From an uncultured delta proteobacterium (GTDB taxonomy: Bacteria; Myxococcota_A; Polyangia; Polyangiales; JAFGIB01), in assembly GCA_963778655.1 (NCBI GenBank), contig CAVZVA010000010.1, positions 992,001 through 1,056,000 of the forward strand: a stretch of 64,000 bases of DNA. The letters run 5' to 3'. Under the pieces are notes generated by a model. It saw nothing but the letters and a program-made list of their open reading frames with translations. It did not search any database and was not told the DNA's origin. The translations under genes and the position numbers were made by a program. Positions 48,709 through 62,549 of the stretch are shown one piece after another (the first letter of the stretch is position 1; each line of letters opens with the position of its first letter).

Positions 48709-48737
48709 TTGACTCGTGCGGTCCCCGCTGCTACACA
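48709..48737 (+). promoter_or_regulatory. Putative atp operon promoter
   Basis: TTGACT-N17-TACACA with an extended TG. Confidence 0.6.
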
Positions 48738-48882
48738 GCGCGCGCCTGCGGCGGGCCGGAGGCGAGGCTCGAAGGGACGCCACCGGGCGGGCCCGGCCCT
48801 CCCGAGCGAGGGACTGGTCGGGATCGCGCCCTGACCCTAGTCATCTGAGCGTCTTGCCGCCACCGGCCGAGCGAGGAAATCG

Positions 48883-49353
48883 ATGCTCTGCTCCATTCCA
48901 CTGGCTGTGATGCTCGCCGAGTCGCCGATCGACCTCGATGCGAGCTTCTTCGTCCAGCTCGCCATCTTCTTCACCGCGTTCTTCATCCTGCGCAGCCTGG
49001 TGTTTCGCCCGGTGATGGGCCTGTTCGACGCGCGCGAGCAGGCGATGGAGGGCTCGCGCAAGCAGGCCGAGCAGATGGAGCGCGAGGCCGAGCAGACCCG
49101 TGCCAGCTTCGAGGCCGAGCTGCGGCGGGTGCGCCAGCAGGCCAATGAGGACCGCGACAAGCTGCGCGGCCAGGCACAGCAGCTGGCGCGCGAGCTGACC
49201 GAGAAGGCGCGCAGCGAGCACAGCGCGATGATCGTGAGCGCCAAGGTGCGGCTCGATCGCGAGGCCGGTGAGGCGCGCACGAACACCCAGGCGGAGCTGC
49301 CGCAGCTCGCGCGCCAGATCGCCGAGAAGCTGCTCGGCCGGAGCGTGGGCTGA
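48883..49353 (+). CDS. atpF2: ATP synthase F0 subunit b'
   Basis: N-terminal TM (FFVQLAIFF..F..L..LVFRP) followed by a charged coiled coil; first gene of the atp cluster. Confidence 0.88.
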   Translation: MLCSIPLAVMLAESPIDLDASFFVQLAIFFTAFFILRSLVFRPVMGLFDAREQAMEGSRKQAEQMEREAEQTRASFEAELRRVRQQANEDRDKLRGQAQQLARELTEKARSEHSAMIVSAKVRLDREAGEARTNTQAELPQLARQIAEKLLGRSVG

Positions 49354-50006
49354 TGCGGCGGTGCTTGCATATCATGGTGGCGGCGCTGGCCGCGCTGTGG
49401 CTGTCGCCGGCCGCGCTCGCGGCCGCCGAGGAGGCCGAGCACCACGGTCCGCTGCGCGCGAGCGAGGTCTTCGCTAGCCCCCAGTTCTGGGCCGCGGCGT
49501 TGAACTTCGTGCTGCTGCTGTACGTCCTGCGCCGGCTCGGCGCCCGCCCGCTCGCGGCGTTTCTGCAGAACCGCCGCAGCGAGATGGAGCGCAGCATGAA
49601 CGAGGCCGCGGAGATGAAGCAGAAGGCCGAGGCCAAGTACAACGAATACAAGGACCGGCTGGCCCAGCTCGACCAGGAGCTCTCCAAGCTGCGCAGCGAC
49701 ATCGCCCGCAGCGCAGAAGAGGACAAGCAGCGCATCGTCGCCGAGGCGGAGGAGAACGCGCAGCGCCTCAAGCGCGAGACCGAGTCGCTGATCGAGCAAT
49801 ACGCCAAGGCGCTCGGCAAGGACGTGCGCAGCGAGGTGGTGGAGGCCGCCGTCGCGGCGGCCGAGAAGCTGCTGCGCGAGGCGCTCACCGCCGCCGATCA
49901 GCAGCGGCTGGCGGACGGCTTCAAGCAGGGCCTGGGCGGCGCGGCCGCTGGCGGCAATGCGGCGCGACCGGCGAGCCGCGGCACCCGCGCGCAGGAGACG
50001 CCATGA
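49353..50006 (+). CDS. atpF: ATP synthase F0 subunit b
   Basis: LNFVLLLYVL...PL..FL..RR followed by a coiled coil. Confidence 0.88.
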   Translation: MRRCLHIMVAALAALWLSPAALAAAEEAEHHGPLRASEVFASPQFWAAALNFVLLLYVLRRLGARPLAAFLQNRRSEMERSMNEAAEMKQKAEAKYNEYKDRLAQLDQELSKLRSDIARSAEEDKQRIVAEAEENAQRLKRETESLIEQYAKALGKDVRSEVVEAAVAAAEKLLREALTAADQQRLADGFKQGLGGAAAGGNAARPASRGTRAQETP

Positions 50007-50542
50007 CGGTCAGCGTGGTCGGCAAGCGCTACGCCAAGGCGTTGTTGCAGCTCGCGGAAGAGCCCAGCGCGGTCGAGCGCGTCGGTCGCGACCTGCGCGA
50101 CTTCGTCTCGGCCTGGGATCAGAGCCGCGAGCTGCGCGCGGTGTTCGAGAACCCGAGCATCAGCCAGCAGAGCCGGCGCGCGGTGCTGCGCGAGATCGCG
50201 CAGCAGAGCGGGATGCACGAGCAGCTCGCGCACCTGCTGCTGTTGCTCTCGGACCGCCAGCGCATGAGCCACGTGCCCGAGGTCGCCGAGGCGTACGACG
50301 CCATGGCCGAGGCACGCTCGGGCAAGGTGCGCGCCGAGGTCACCAGCGCGAGCGAGCTCTCGTCCGGCTACTACGCCGAGCTCGAGAAGGTGCTGCGCGA
50401 GGTCACCGGCAAGCACGTGGTGCTGGTGCACAAGGTCGATCCCTCGCTGATCGCGGGCGTGGTGACGCGGATCGGCGATCAGGTGTTCGACGGCAGCGTC
50501 AAGAGCCGTCTATCGGAGCTCAAGGACGAGCTCCTGCGCTAG
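50003..50542 (+). CDS. atpH: ATP synthase F1 subunit delta
   Basis: RYAKAL, VTSA, VDPSLIAG, DGSVKSRL. Confidence 0.95.
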   Translation: MTVSVVGKRYAKALLQLAEEPSAVERVGRDLRDFVSAWDQSRELRAVFENPSISQQSRRAVLREIAQQSGMHEQLAHLLLLLSDRQRMSHVPEVAEAYDAMAEARSGKVRAEVTSASELSSGYYAELEKVLREVTGKHVVLVHKVDPSLIAGVVTRIGDQVFDGSVKSRLSELKDELLR

Positions 50543-50578
50543 CAAGGTGCCATTCGGGATGGCTGTCACAGGGATGCA

Positions 50579-50638
50579 ACAGGAAAACGGGAAGGCGGGG
50601 AGAGTGACTTTGCGCTTCCCGTCCTCCCGTCTTCCTGT
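50579..50638. repeat. REP-like palindrome (ACAGGAAG.CGGGAAG family)
   Basis: 24-nt arms with 20/24 complementarity; same family as 55339-55403. Confidence 0.75.
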
Positions 50639-50681
50639 CATCTGTTCCGATCCGAACTAGGACTACTCACGAGGTCGCAGC

Positions 50682-52352
<1,671 letters not shown>

Positions 52353-52399
52353 CGACCCTGTCGCGGGAGCTTCGGGTGACCCTCCCGGTGAGGTCTTAA

Positions 52400-53253
52400 A
52401 TGCCAGGCGGCAATCTCAAGATCATTCGCAAGCGCATCGCCAGCGTGAAGAACACGCAGAAGATCACGCGCGCGATGAAGCTGGTGTCTGCGGCTCGCCT
52501 GCGCAAGGCGCAGGAGAATATCACGCGCATGCGTCCCTACGCGCTGGAGACGCTGAAGATGCTTTCCTCACTCGCGGCCCGTACCCGCGGCGATGCGGCG
52601 CTGCACCCGCTGCTGGCGCGCCGGCACCCCGAAAAGGTACTGCTGATCGTGCTCACCAGCGACCGCGGTCTGGCCGGCTCCTTCAACGCGGCCGCCAGTA
52701 AGGCCGCCTTTCGCTTCTACCAGGAGCAGAAGCAGCAGGGCGCAGCCGTCACGGTGGGCGCGATCGGCCGCAAGGGCCGTGACTACCTGCGCCGGCGCCG
52801 CGTCGAGATCAAGCACACCTTCGGCAACATCTACGAGGATCTGCGCTACGAGAAGGCCAGTCAGATCGGCGACGTGGTGGTCAGCGAGTACACCGCGCGC
52901 GATCTGGACGCCTGCTACATCGTGTACAACGAGTTCAAGAGCGCGATCACGCAGAACGTCACGGTCGAGAAGCTGCTGCCGATCGAGCCGATGGCGGTGG
53001 CTGAACACGAGACCGCGGTCGACTTCATCTACGAGCCCGACCAGAAGACGATTCTGAACGCGCTGCTGCCGCTGTACGTCAACGTCGAGATCTACCGCGC
53101 TCTGCTCGAATCGGTGGCGTCGGAGCACGGGGCGCGCATGACGGCGATGGACAACGCCACGCGCAACGCCAAGGACATGATCGCCCGCCTCACGCTGCAA
53201 GCGAACCGCGCGCGCCAGGCCGCGATCACCACCGAGCTGATGGAGATCATCAG

Positions 53254-53278
<25 letters not shown>
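52400..53278 (+). CDS. atpG: ATP synthase F1 subunit gamma
   Basis: KITRAMKLV, SDRGL.G.FN, RMTAMDNAT, RQAAITTEL. Confidence 0.98.
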
Positions 53279-54879
<1,601 letters not shown>

Positions 54880-55308
54880 ATGGCTGACCTCCCCACTGTG
54901 CTCGCGCTCGAAGTCGCCACCCCGCTCGGGATGGCGCTATCGGTGCAGACCGACTCGGTCCAGGTGCCCAGCGTGGCAGGTGAATTCGGCGTGCTGCCGG
55001 GGCACGTGCCGTTGCTTGCGGCGCTCAAGCCGGGGATCTTGAGCTACCGCAGGGACGGAAAGCTGGTGCATGTGGCGGTGGGCGCGGGCTACGTGGAGGC
55101 CAGCGCCGACCGCGTGCGCCTGATCGCCGAGTTCTTCCTCGAGCGCGCCCAGGTGAACCTCGAGACTGCGCAGAAAGACCTACACGCCGCCGAGGCCAGG
55201 CTCAAAGAGAGCAAGGGCACGCTCGACGACGTGGAGTATCAGGACGCCCAGCGCGACTACGACTGGGCGCAGGCGCGCCTGACCCTGGCCGGCGGCGAGA
55301 GCAATTAG
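54880..55308 (+). CDS. atpC: ATP synthase F1 subunit epsilon
   Basis: LEVATP, GEFGVLPGHVP..AALKPG. Confidence 0.95.
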   Translation: MADLPTVLALEVATPLGMALSVQTDSVQVPSVAGEFGVLPGHVPLLAALKPGILSYRRDGKLVHVAVGAGYVEASADRVRLIAEFFLERAQVNLETAQKDLHAAEARLKESKGTLDDVEYQDAQRDYDWAQARLTLAGGESN

Positions 55309-55338
55309 CTCCCGCCCGTGGGCGCGGAACCGTCCGAA

Positions 55339-55403
55339 GTCCACAGGAAGGCGGGAAGACGGGAAGGGCCGTCGAGCTTTGGCCTTCCCGCCTTCCTGTG
55401 GAC
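55339..55403. repeat. REP-like palindrome after atpC
   Basis: Perfect 20-bp inverted repeat GTCCACAGGAAGGCGGGAAG / CTTCCCGCCTTCCTGTGGAC. Confidence 0.85.
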
Positions 55404-55626
55404 TCATCGAAGCGCACGCCTCCGCATGACTGTTCGCCGGGCTTGCGTCGAGGCTCAGGCGGTCCGCGTCTCGTCAAGACAAAGCCCGGCCGGGTCGGTC
55501 CCGTTATCCCTCGGTGAGGCCCCTGACTGGCACGGATACCGCGGGCCGTCCCAAGCCGCGGATCGTGGCTCCGAGCTGCGTTTGCACCCTTGCGAGACGG
55601 CGCAAACCCGATTAGTTTCGCCCGCC

Positions 55627-56487
55627 ATGCGTGGTCTCACCGCTATGGCTTTGGGGGCAATCGTGCTCGGAGGGCTGGTCCTGCCGGCCACCGCCGCAGC
55701 CGATCAGCGCCAGGACTGGTTGGTCGCGGCGCCCGAAAAGGGCAACTACCTCAACCTCGACTTTGTCTTCGGCGCGCTGCAAGCCGGGTTCGAGGAACGG
55801 ATGCCGGTGTACGGCGGCGCGAACATGTTCACGCTGCGCGAAAGCGCGATCGCGGCCTGGCCTTTCGGTGGCGGGCAGGTCGATGCCGAGATCCGCATGC
55901 TGGTGCTGACGCTGGGCGTGACCGGAGGCTTCCACAGCGTGTGGCGCAACGAGACCTTCTTGCCGGGACAGCTGATGGACCGCAAGGAGCGCCGCGCGCG
56001 CGACGCGGGCGGCGACTTCAACACCGACAACTTCGGCTTCTGGGAGGGGCGCGCCTCGCTCGCGCTGCCGTTCAACGACTACGTCGTGTTCAACGCCCAG
56101 ACCGCCTGGCACATCACCGGCGCTACCAAACGCAGCTTCGACTACGACGCGCAGGTTGTGGACGACGGGCGCTTCGAGCGCACCGACTTCCAGCTCTTCC
56201 TCAAGCACGAGCGCATCGGCGCGCTCGCGCCCACCTTCGAGATCCTGAGCTTCCCGCTCGACAACAGCTGGCACACGCAGCTCAACTACGGCTTCACGTT
56301 CGTCACGCGCGCGGGCCTGGTGCGCCGAGACGATGTGCTGATCTGGCAGATGATGTTCCACTCGGGCTCGATCTTCGGCGCCGGCTACGACAACCGCGAC
56401 GTATACGGCTCGGCCACCTTCCGCGGCCCGCTCACCTTCCTGCTCGCGTACCGCTCGCAGATCGACTTGGGCGGCGGCGACGACTAG
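55627..56487 (+). CDS. Exported hypothetical protein, beta-rich, possibly outer membrane
   Basis: Signal peptide (ATAAA-D), aromatic amphipathic strands, coding codon bias. Confidence 0.72.
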   Translation: MRGLTAMALGAIVLGGLVLPATAAADQRQDWLVAAPEKGNYLNLDFVFGALQAGFEERMPVYGGANMFTLRESAIAAWPFGGGQVDAEIRMLVLTLGVTGGFHSVWRNETFLPGQLMDRKERRARDAGGDFNTDNFGFWEGRASLALPFNDYVVFNAQTAWHITGATKRSFDYDAQVVDDGRFERTDFQLFLKHERIGALAPTFEILSFPLDNSWHTQLNYGFTFVTRAGLVRRDDVLIWQMMFHSGSIFGAGYDNRDVYGSATFRGPLTFLLAYRSQIDLGGGDD

Positions 56488-56582
56488 GCGAAAGGTAGGC
56501 CTGGGGCGCCACAGGCCACCCGGCGCTTGGTCCGACGCGGCTGCTGCGTCGCCGATTCGAGCAAGGCGGGGAGCCGCGGCGG

Positions 56583-57284
56583 CTACGTGTCCGAGTCGAG
56601 CGCCTGCAGCGCGCGCTCGGCTGCGGCCTGCTCGGCTTCGAGCTTGCTGCGGCCCTCGCCGAGGCCGAGCTGCTGGCCGTCGAGCAACAGTGCCACCTCG
56701 AAGCTGCGCGCGTGGTCGGGGCCGCTCGAGCGCAGCAGCTCGTAGGTCGGCGGCCGCCGGCCGCGGCTCTGCAACGCTTCTTGCACGCGCGTCTTGAAGT
56801 CGCGCGCGCCCGGCGCGCTGTCCAGCAGGCGCTGCTCGAACATCGCGCGGCACACGCGCAGCGCGGTCTCGGCGCCGGCGTCGAGGTAAATCGCGGCCAC
56901 GCACGCTTCGAGCGCGCTCGCGAGCAGCCGCGGCTTGTCGCGGCCGCCCGAGCGCTCCTCGCCGCGGCCCAGGCGCAGCGCCGGCCCCACCGCCATGCTG
57001 CGCGCGATCTGCGCCAGCCCCTCCTCGCACACCAGGTCCGCGCGGCGCCGCGTCAGCTCGCCTGCGGTCGCCTGCGGAAAGCGCTCGATCAGCAGTGCCG
57101 AGACCACCCACTGCAGCACCGCGTCGCCCATGTACTCCAGGCGCTCGTTGTCGGTGCGGGCCAGCTCGCTGCGCTCGTGCGCGAACGATGAGTGCGTGAG
57201 CGCGTCCATCAGTAGCTCGAGGTCGCCGAACTCGTGACCGAGCCCGGCCTGCAACGCGCGCAAGACGTCATCCAGATCGACCAC
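56583..57284 (-). CDS. rnc: Ribonuclease III
   Basis: ALTHSS, NERLEYMGDAVL, dsRBD (DFKTRVQE, GPDH, SKLEAEQAAA). Confidence 0.96.
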   Translation of the reverse strand: MVDLDDVLRALQAGLGHEFGDLELLMDALTHSSFAHERSELARTDNERLEYMGDAVLQWVVSALLIERFPQATAGELTRRRADLVCEEGLAQIARSMAVGPALRLGRGEERSGGRDKPRLLASALEACVAAIYLDAGAETALRVCRAMFEQRLLDSAPGARDFKTRVQEALQSRGRRPPTYELLRSSGPDHARSFEVALLLDGQQLGLGEGRSKLEAEQAAAERALQALDSDT

Positions 57285-57322
57285 GCGTCCCTAGTCTACA
57301 CCGAGATCGCCCCTGTGCGCGC

Positions 57323-57350
57323 TTGACACCCGCGACCCCCGGGAAACACT
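57323..57350 (+). promoter_or_regulatory. Putative tRNA promoter
   Basis: TTGACA (57323-57328)-N16-AACACT, followed by a GC-rich discriminator. Confidence 0.55.
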
Positions 57351-57365
57351 GTGCGCTCGGGCCGC

Positions 57366-57448
57366 GCGAAGGTGGCGGAATTGGCAGACGCGCCAGATTT
57401 AGGTTCTGGTGTCCAACGGGCATGCGGGTTCGAGTCCCGCCCTTCGCA
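57366..57448 (+). tRNA. tRNA-Leu (anticodon TAG)
   Basis: Acceptor stem GCGAAGG/CCTTCGC, D-arm GGAATTGGCAGAC, anticodon arm CCAGA-TTTAGGT-TCTGG, long variable arm, GGTTCGAGTCC; CCA not encoded. Confidence 0.96.
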
Positions 57449-57617
57449 CTGCGAGACGCGCTTGGCGCTGGGGGCGCCGCGCCGCCGACCACCGAAGCGT
57501 GACCGGGCGTGCCGCCACTGCGCCCGACGTGGCAATTCACGGCGGACCGGCGTGGATGGGGCTCTGGCGCCATCAACTCTCGACAAGAGCGACTCGGGGT
57601 GAACTACTATTGTGAGC

Positions 57618-58323
57618 ATGTCTGGCGTACCGGCCGCAGCGCGGGCCCTTCCGCTGATGCTGCTAGCAGCGTGCGGCGCGTCGAAGCCGATCGAGCGGCC
57701 CGCCGCTCCACCGGCGGTGATTCGCGAGGCGCCCGCGCCTGTTCCTCGAACCGACCTCTACGCCGCCGACGAAGCGTTGGAGGACGTCTTGTCAGGCCCG
57801 CTCGAGTACGTCGGCACGGGTCGATGGCCCGGTGTCGAGCGCTCGTACACTTGCGCGTTCCGCAACGCGCGCGTGCTGGTCGTGAACGCCTACTGCACGC
57901 CCACGGAGACTCCGGCCTTTCGCATCGATGTCTACTCGCCCGGCCGTGGGCGCCTGCGCCTCTACGCGGAAGCCAACGGCCCCGTCAGCATCCGCGAATC
58001 GCGCGCTCTACTCTTCCTTCGTGGCAGAGACCGAGCCCCCGCCCGGCTCGGACTCGCCCGTCGGGGACTTGGCACTGACGATGACCTTCGACGAGCTTCG
58101 AGGCTACGAGCAGGAGCGCTACGACGCTTACCTTCCAGGCTGCTATGCGGGTGAGAAGCACGAGCAACCGGTCAAGGGCTGCCTGGGCTCGCTCGCTTCC
58201 CACGCGGAGGCGTGGGTGGCCCGCAATCGCGACTTCCTGGCACATGCCAGCGGAGACTGGTACCGGGTGGTTCGCATGATGCGCGAGCTGGCGACGCGCT
58301 ACGGCAAGGACCCGGCGGAGTAG
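57618..58323 (+). pseudogene. Putative lipoprotein interrupted by a frameshift near 57990
   Basis: Lipobox LAAC; protein-like sequence moves from the 57612 frame (...YAEANGPVS) to the 57928 frame (ANRALYSSFVAE...). Confidence 0.65.
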
Positions 58324-58338
58324 CGGCGCGGTTACCCG

Positions 58339-59938
58339 TCACTGGCCCACGAATGTGGTGACGCTCTGAGCGTCGAGGGTCACCGAGGCTTTGTGGTCGG
58401 TGACCGAGACGGTCCCGTCGTCGCTCAGGTTCTTGGTTCCCGATGTGGTGATGACGGAGAACGCATCGGCGCAGCCGCCGTAGATGTCGAGCGTGATGTC
58501 TTGAGGGGAGGTGCTCTGGTTGACGGCGACGGCGACAATCCGACCTTCGCCGCTCTTGTACGCCGTGACGCTGACGCCGGAGGCGGAGGGCTTGCTGATC
58601 GCGACCCGTGTGAAGCCGGGCCGGATGAACTTCGCGTACTGCGCAAGCAGATAGCCGCGCTTGCTGACCATTCCATCCTCGGTGAGCAGACCGTAGCTCC
58701 TGCGAATGTACCACCACACGTAGGCGCTGAAGTTGGCCGCCATGCAGTCGTTGACTTCCTTGCCCACGTCGAGCGCAAGCGGCCAGTCGTTGGCGGAGCT
58801 ATTGCTGTCGGTGTAGTGCTCGGTCATCCACACTTCCTTGCCCTTGCTTCGCGCGAGCGGATAGTCCGCCAGGCCGCCGCCGTAGATGTGGCCGCCGATA
58901 ATGGCGACGTGGGACGCGGCGGCTGCGTTGTTGAGGATCGGATCGGTCAGACCGTGGTCGAAGTGGAACGACTCGGCCACGATCAGCTTGGTATCGCCGA
59001 ACTTCGATCCCTCGCTGGTGAGCCAGTTGATGAACTGCGACGAGCTCCAATCGCACGACTCGTACTGAACCTGGATGTCCGGCTCGTTCTGAACCGAGAT
59101 CGCGTAGAGCGACACGCCGTTCGACTCCATGTAGTCGCGGAACGACAGCAAGTGGTCCGCGTAGGCGTCGTAAGAGCCCGTGCTGAGCTCCCCGCCGACG
59201 GTGTTGTTGTTCGTCTTCATGTTCGCGGGAGGCGTCCATGGCGTCGCGAACACGATCGCGTCGTGGGCCACGGCTCGTTGCGCCGTGGGTACCTCCTTTG
59301 CGAAGTCGTTGGAGTCGAAGGGGATGCGCACGCGTAGGATCGACAAGCCGAGCTGACCCGGGCCGTTGCCGAATGCGGTCTCCGCCTGGTCCGCCGTGAG
59401 ATCGGCGATCCAGCCGGGCACGTTGATCCCGCCGAAGCCGCGGATGGTTTGGTACTCGGTGTCGAGGTCGATGTTGGCATCGCCGTCCTGATCGCTGCCT
59501 GTCTTGACGTCGCAGCTCGGGGCGCCAGCGTTTCCGTTCGCGCCGGCGTCTGGGCCGCCGGCGTCGCCCGAGTCGCCGCCTGCGCCACCCGTCCCGCCTG
59601 CGCCGCCGCCATTGTTGCCTCCACCGCCGGCGCCCGAGAGACCCGCGTCCATGCCGCCCGCGTCGCCGACGCTCATGGCAGAATCCGCCGGCGCCCGAGC
59701 CGGCGCCGCCCAGACCCGTGGCTCCGACGCCGCCCGTGCCGGGCCCCGTTACACCCCCAGCTCCGCCGTTGCCGCCAGCGCCGATCGCCGCTCCGCCGCC
59801 TCCGGCCCCGCCCGTCTGGAAAGCGCTTCGCCCGCCGTCTTTGGGACCGTCGCTCGGTCCACCACTGCACGCGGCGCCCAGCGCGAGCGCGAGCGCGGCG
59901 CACCAGAAGATCGAACCCAACCTTTCGAGACTGCTCAT
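58339..59938 (-). CDS. GH30 glucuronoxylanase-like lipoprotein (frameshift near 59682 in the Gly-rich linker)
   Basis: YQTIRGFGG, FATPWTPP, SVQNEPD, VWMTEH, AYVWWYIRRSYG (XynC/GH30_8 motifs); signal peptide and lipobox GAAC lie in an adjacent frame starting at 59938. Confidence 0.88.
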
Positions 59939-60020
59939 CCAGTGCTTTCCTCGCAGTTGCGCCGAAGCGGCGCGGTGTTCGCGACGTGCTCAGAATCGGG
60001 CGCAGCGCACGCGGCTCGCG

Positions 60021-60752
60021 CTACTGCCGATCATCCGCGGCGGAGGCCGAATCACAGACCTGCTTGGCGCGGGCCGCGGCGGGTGACTGCGGCGCGAGCT
60101 GCGCCAGCTCGGCACGGCCTTCGCTGACGCGTCCCAACGAGCAGAGCGCTTGGGCCTTGGCTGCCCGCCGGTCCTCGCTCAGCGCCCCGCTCGGGAATCT
60201 GCGCTGATGCTCATCGAGTGCCTGCAGGGCTTTGCCGGCATGGCCTGCGCGCAGCTCGGCCGTCGCCCGCGACAGCAGCGCGACCTCTTGCGCCAGGCGA
60301 TCTGGCTTGTGAGGCGCGGACGGCGCAGGCACTTTCGCGGAGGTAGCGGTTGCGGGCGAGGCCACAACCATCGGGGCTACGGGCCGAGTCGGTTCCGGCG
60401 TGTCACTGGACCCAGCGGCCGTTGTCTGAGGCGCCGCCCGTGCCGGAGCTGCGGCCGGCAGATGCCCGGAGCGTTCAGCTTGCGGCACAGGTGCGCTCGC
60501 GCTCGGCCGCAACGCCAGAAAAGCCGCGCCTCCGACGACGCACACGCCGATCGCAAGCCGGGCCACGGTGTGCCACGCCGCGGGACCCGCGAGGCCCGTG
60601 CCGTCCGCGCCGGGAGGTAGCGTGCCCGCGCCCAGCCGAGCACGCAGCGCCGTTTCGATTCGTTGGCGATCCCCGGCCGTCGCGCGAAAAGCGCTGCGAC
60701 CTGCCTGCACCAACGATCGAGCTTTCGGGCTGAGATCAACCATGACCGTCAT
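60021..60752 (-). CDS. Membrane-anchored TPR-like protein, putative anti-sigma factor
   Basis: Single TM, Pro/Ala linker, LAQEVALL..A...ALQALDEH.RRFP.G.L.E; ATGA overlap with the ECF sigma gene. Confidence 0.7.
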   Translation of the reverse strand: MTVMVDLSPKARSLVQAGRSAFRATAGDRQRIETALRARLGAGTLPPGADGTGLAGPAAWHTVARLAIGVCVVGGAAFLALRPSASAPVPQAERSGHLPAAAPARAAPQTTAAGSSDTPEPTRPVAPMVVASPATATSAKVPAPSAPHKPDRLAQEVALLSRATAELRAGHAGKALQALDEHQRRFPSGALSEDRRAAKAQALCSLGRVSEGRAELAQLAPQSPAAARAKQVCDSASAADDRQ

Positions 60753-61348
60753 CTTCCCTTGGTGCGCGCGTCGTGACGCGCCAGCGCCGCCTCGAATGCC
60801 TGCCGCGCCGCGCGCAGCCTCGAATAGGCCGTGTTCAGAGGTATCTCGAGGGCTTCGGCCGCTTCCGGCACCGTCAGCTCCTCCAGCTCGACCAGCGCAA
60901 ACACCTCGCGCTTGGGCTCATCGAGCTCTTCGAGCAGGCATGCAAGCAGTTGCAGCTCTGCGTTCGTTTCCGTTTGCTCGAGCGGTGTCGGGTCGTGTGA
61001 TGCCGCCTCACGCCCAGCTTCACCCGCCAGACCCGTCGCGGGCCGCGCGCGTTTCGCACGCCGGTGCGTGCTCACGGTGCGCCGGACGATGCCGTACACC
61101 CAGCTGCGCAGCGCTTCGGGTCGCTGCAGCGTGTCGAGCTTGGCGTGAATCACGATGAACACGTCCTGGACCAAGTCGTCTATGGCGTCGGGCTCGGTGC
61201 CTAGACGCCGCGCCGACGACCAGACGAAGTTGAAGTACTGCTGGTAGACGGATTGAAAGGAGGGCGTGCTCGAAGAGGCGGGCCCCGTCCCCGGGTCGGC
61301 TTTGGGGAGCAAGGAAAGGTCAGCCGCTCCGAAATCGCGTTCAGCCAT
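60749..61348 (-). CDS. ECF RNA polymerase sigma factor
   Basis: DDLVQDVF, LRSWVYGI, region 4 EAAEALEIPLNTAYSRLRAAR. Confidence 0.93.
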   Translation of the reverse strand: MAERDFGAADLSLLPKADPGTGPASSSTPSFQSVYQQYFNFVWSSARRLGTEPDAIDDLVQDVFIVIHAKLDTLQRPEALRSWVYGIVRRTVSTHRRAKRARPATGLAGEAGREAASHDPTPLEQTETNAELQLLACLLEELDEPKREVFALVELEELTVPEAAEALEIPLNTAYSRLRAARQAFEAALARHDARTKGR

Positions 61349-61388
61349 CTTCAACCACAGATGCAGTGGCGACCGGAAGCGGGCTCCG

Positions 61389-62549
61389 TCAAAAAATCCA
61401 CTCCGTGCCAACTCTGAATGTGACCGCGGCCGATCCGAGCTGGCCAACGTTTCCAATCCCGTCGATCGCGATCAGAGGGCGCGCCGTCTCGATTTGCGCG
61501 TCGACTTCGCCGACGAGACTGAGCCACTGTGCAAGGCGAAGCCGAACCTGCGCACCTGCTCCCACCGCGACCCAGGTCGTCTCGGCCGTCCGGGGTGCGA
61601 CATAGGCGCCCGTCCCGCGCGCCCAGATGTGATCCACGGAAACGCTCAAGCAGGGGGCGAGCTCGAAGCGACCTGGCAGAACGGCCCAGCAGCTGCGCAA
61701 GCTCGCGTCGATTCGATCGACGTTGGCGCCCGAGCCCGGGTGGTCGCTCGACATCAGCTGCTGTCTCAGCCATGCGTTTCCTTCGGCGAGGAAGCGCCAT
61801 CGCGCGAGCGACACCCCGCCCCCAAGGCTAAGGCCGTAGCTTGGGTGGGGCAAGGGCCCGATCCCGAGCGACACCAGGGGTAGCTGGATCAACGCGCGCC
61901 AGCGACGCGTCGCACCCGCGCCGTCGCTGGGCGTTTGCACCCGCGGCGCCTGCGGCTCGGGCGAGGCTTTGGTTGCGGGCGCGGGTTGGGTTTCTCTTGC
62001 GGGCGACGGTTGCGCTGTTGGTGCAGGCGTCGCCTCGGACGCTCGGGTCCCGGCGTGCCCATTGCGCGCGCTGCCCGAGCTGGACCCGGCTGCCGCGCCG
62101 GTCGAGCTGGTGGGGCCGGGCCGCTCGCTGCCGGCCAGAGCGCTCTGGCTGAGCGGCTCCGGCGAATTGAGCAGTAAGGCGAGATTGATGGCGGTGGCGC
62201 CGGCGAGATCGGCACACGATTTTCCGTCGATGTTGCGCTCGCCGACCAAGTTGGCGGTGCGTACGACCAACCTCAAGTGCAGCCGGCCGTCGTCGTTGCG
62301 CGTGATCGTCGCCTCGGCGCGCAGCAACGGCCCGCTCGACTTCGACGAGCCCGCGAGCTTGCGAATGCGATCCCGCACTTGCTGTGCTCCCGGGCAGCCG
62401 GGCGGCGCATTCCACGTAAGCTCCACGGGCTCTCGAGATTGCGCGCGGGCCTGCAGAGGCAGGACGAAGGCGGAGAGAGCCACGAGCGCGGCCGCGCTCG
62501 GGCCGGTTCTGCCCAAGCCGTCAGCGGGTGCTGCGGATCGTGACGTCAT
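61389..62549 (-). CDS. Exported protein with a probable C-terminal beta-barrel
   Basis: Signal peptide, WNAPPGCP...C domain, Pro-rich linker, amphipathic strands ending in EWIF. Confidence 0.7.
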   Translation of the reverse strand: MTSRSAAPADGLGRTGPSAAALVALSAFVLPLQARAQSREPVELTWNAPPGCPGAQQVRDRIRKLAGSSKSSGPLLRAEATITRNDDGRLHLRLVVRTANLVGERNIDGKSCADLAGATAINLALLLNSPEPLSQSALAGSERPGPTSSTGAAAGSSSGSARNGHAGTRASEATPAPTAQPSPARETQPAPATKASPEPQAPRVQTPSDGAGATRRWRALIQLPLVSLGIGPLPHPSYGLSLGGGVSLARWRFLAEGNAWLRQQLMSSDHPGSGANVDRIDASLRSCWAVLPGRFELAPCLSVSVDHIWARGTGAYVAPRTAETTWVAVGAGAQVRLRLAQWLSLVGEVDAQIETARPLIAIDGIGNVGQLGSAAVTFRVGTEWIF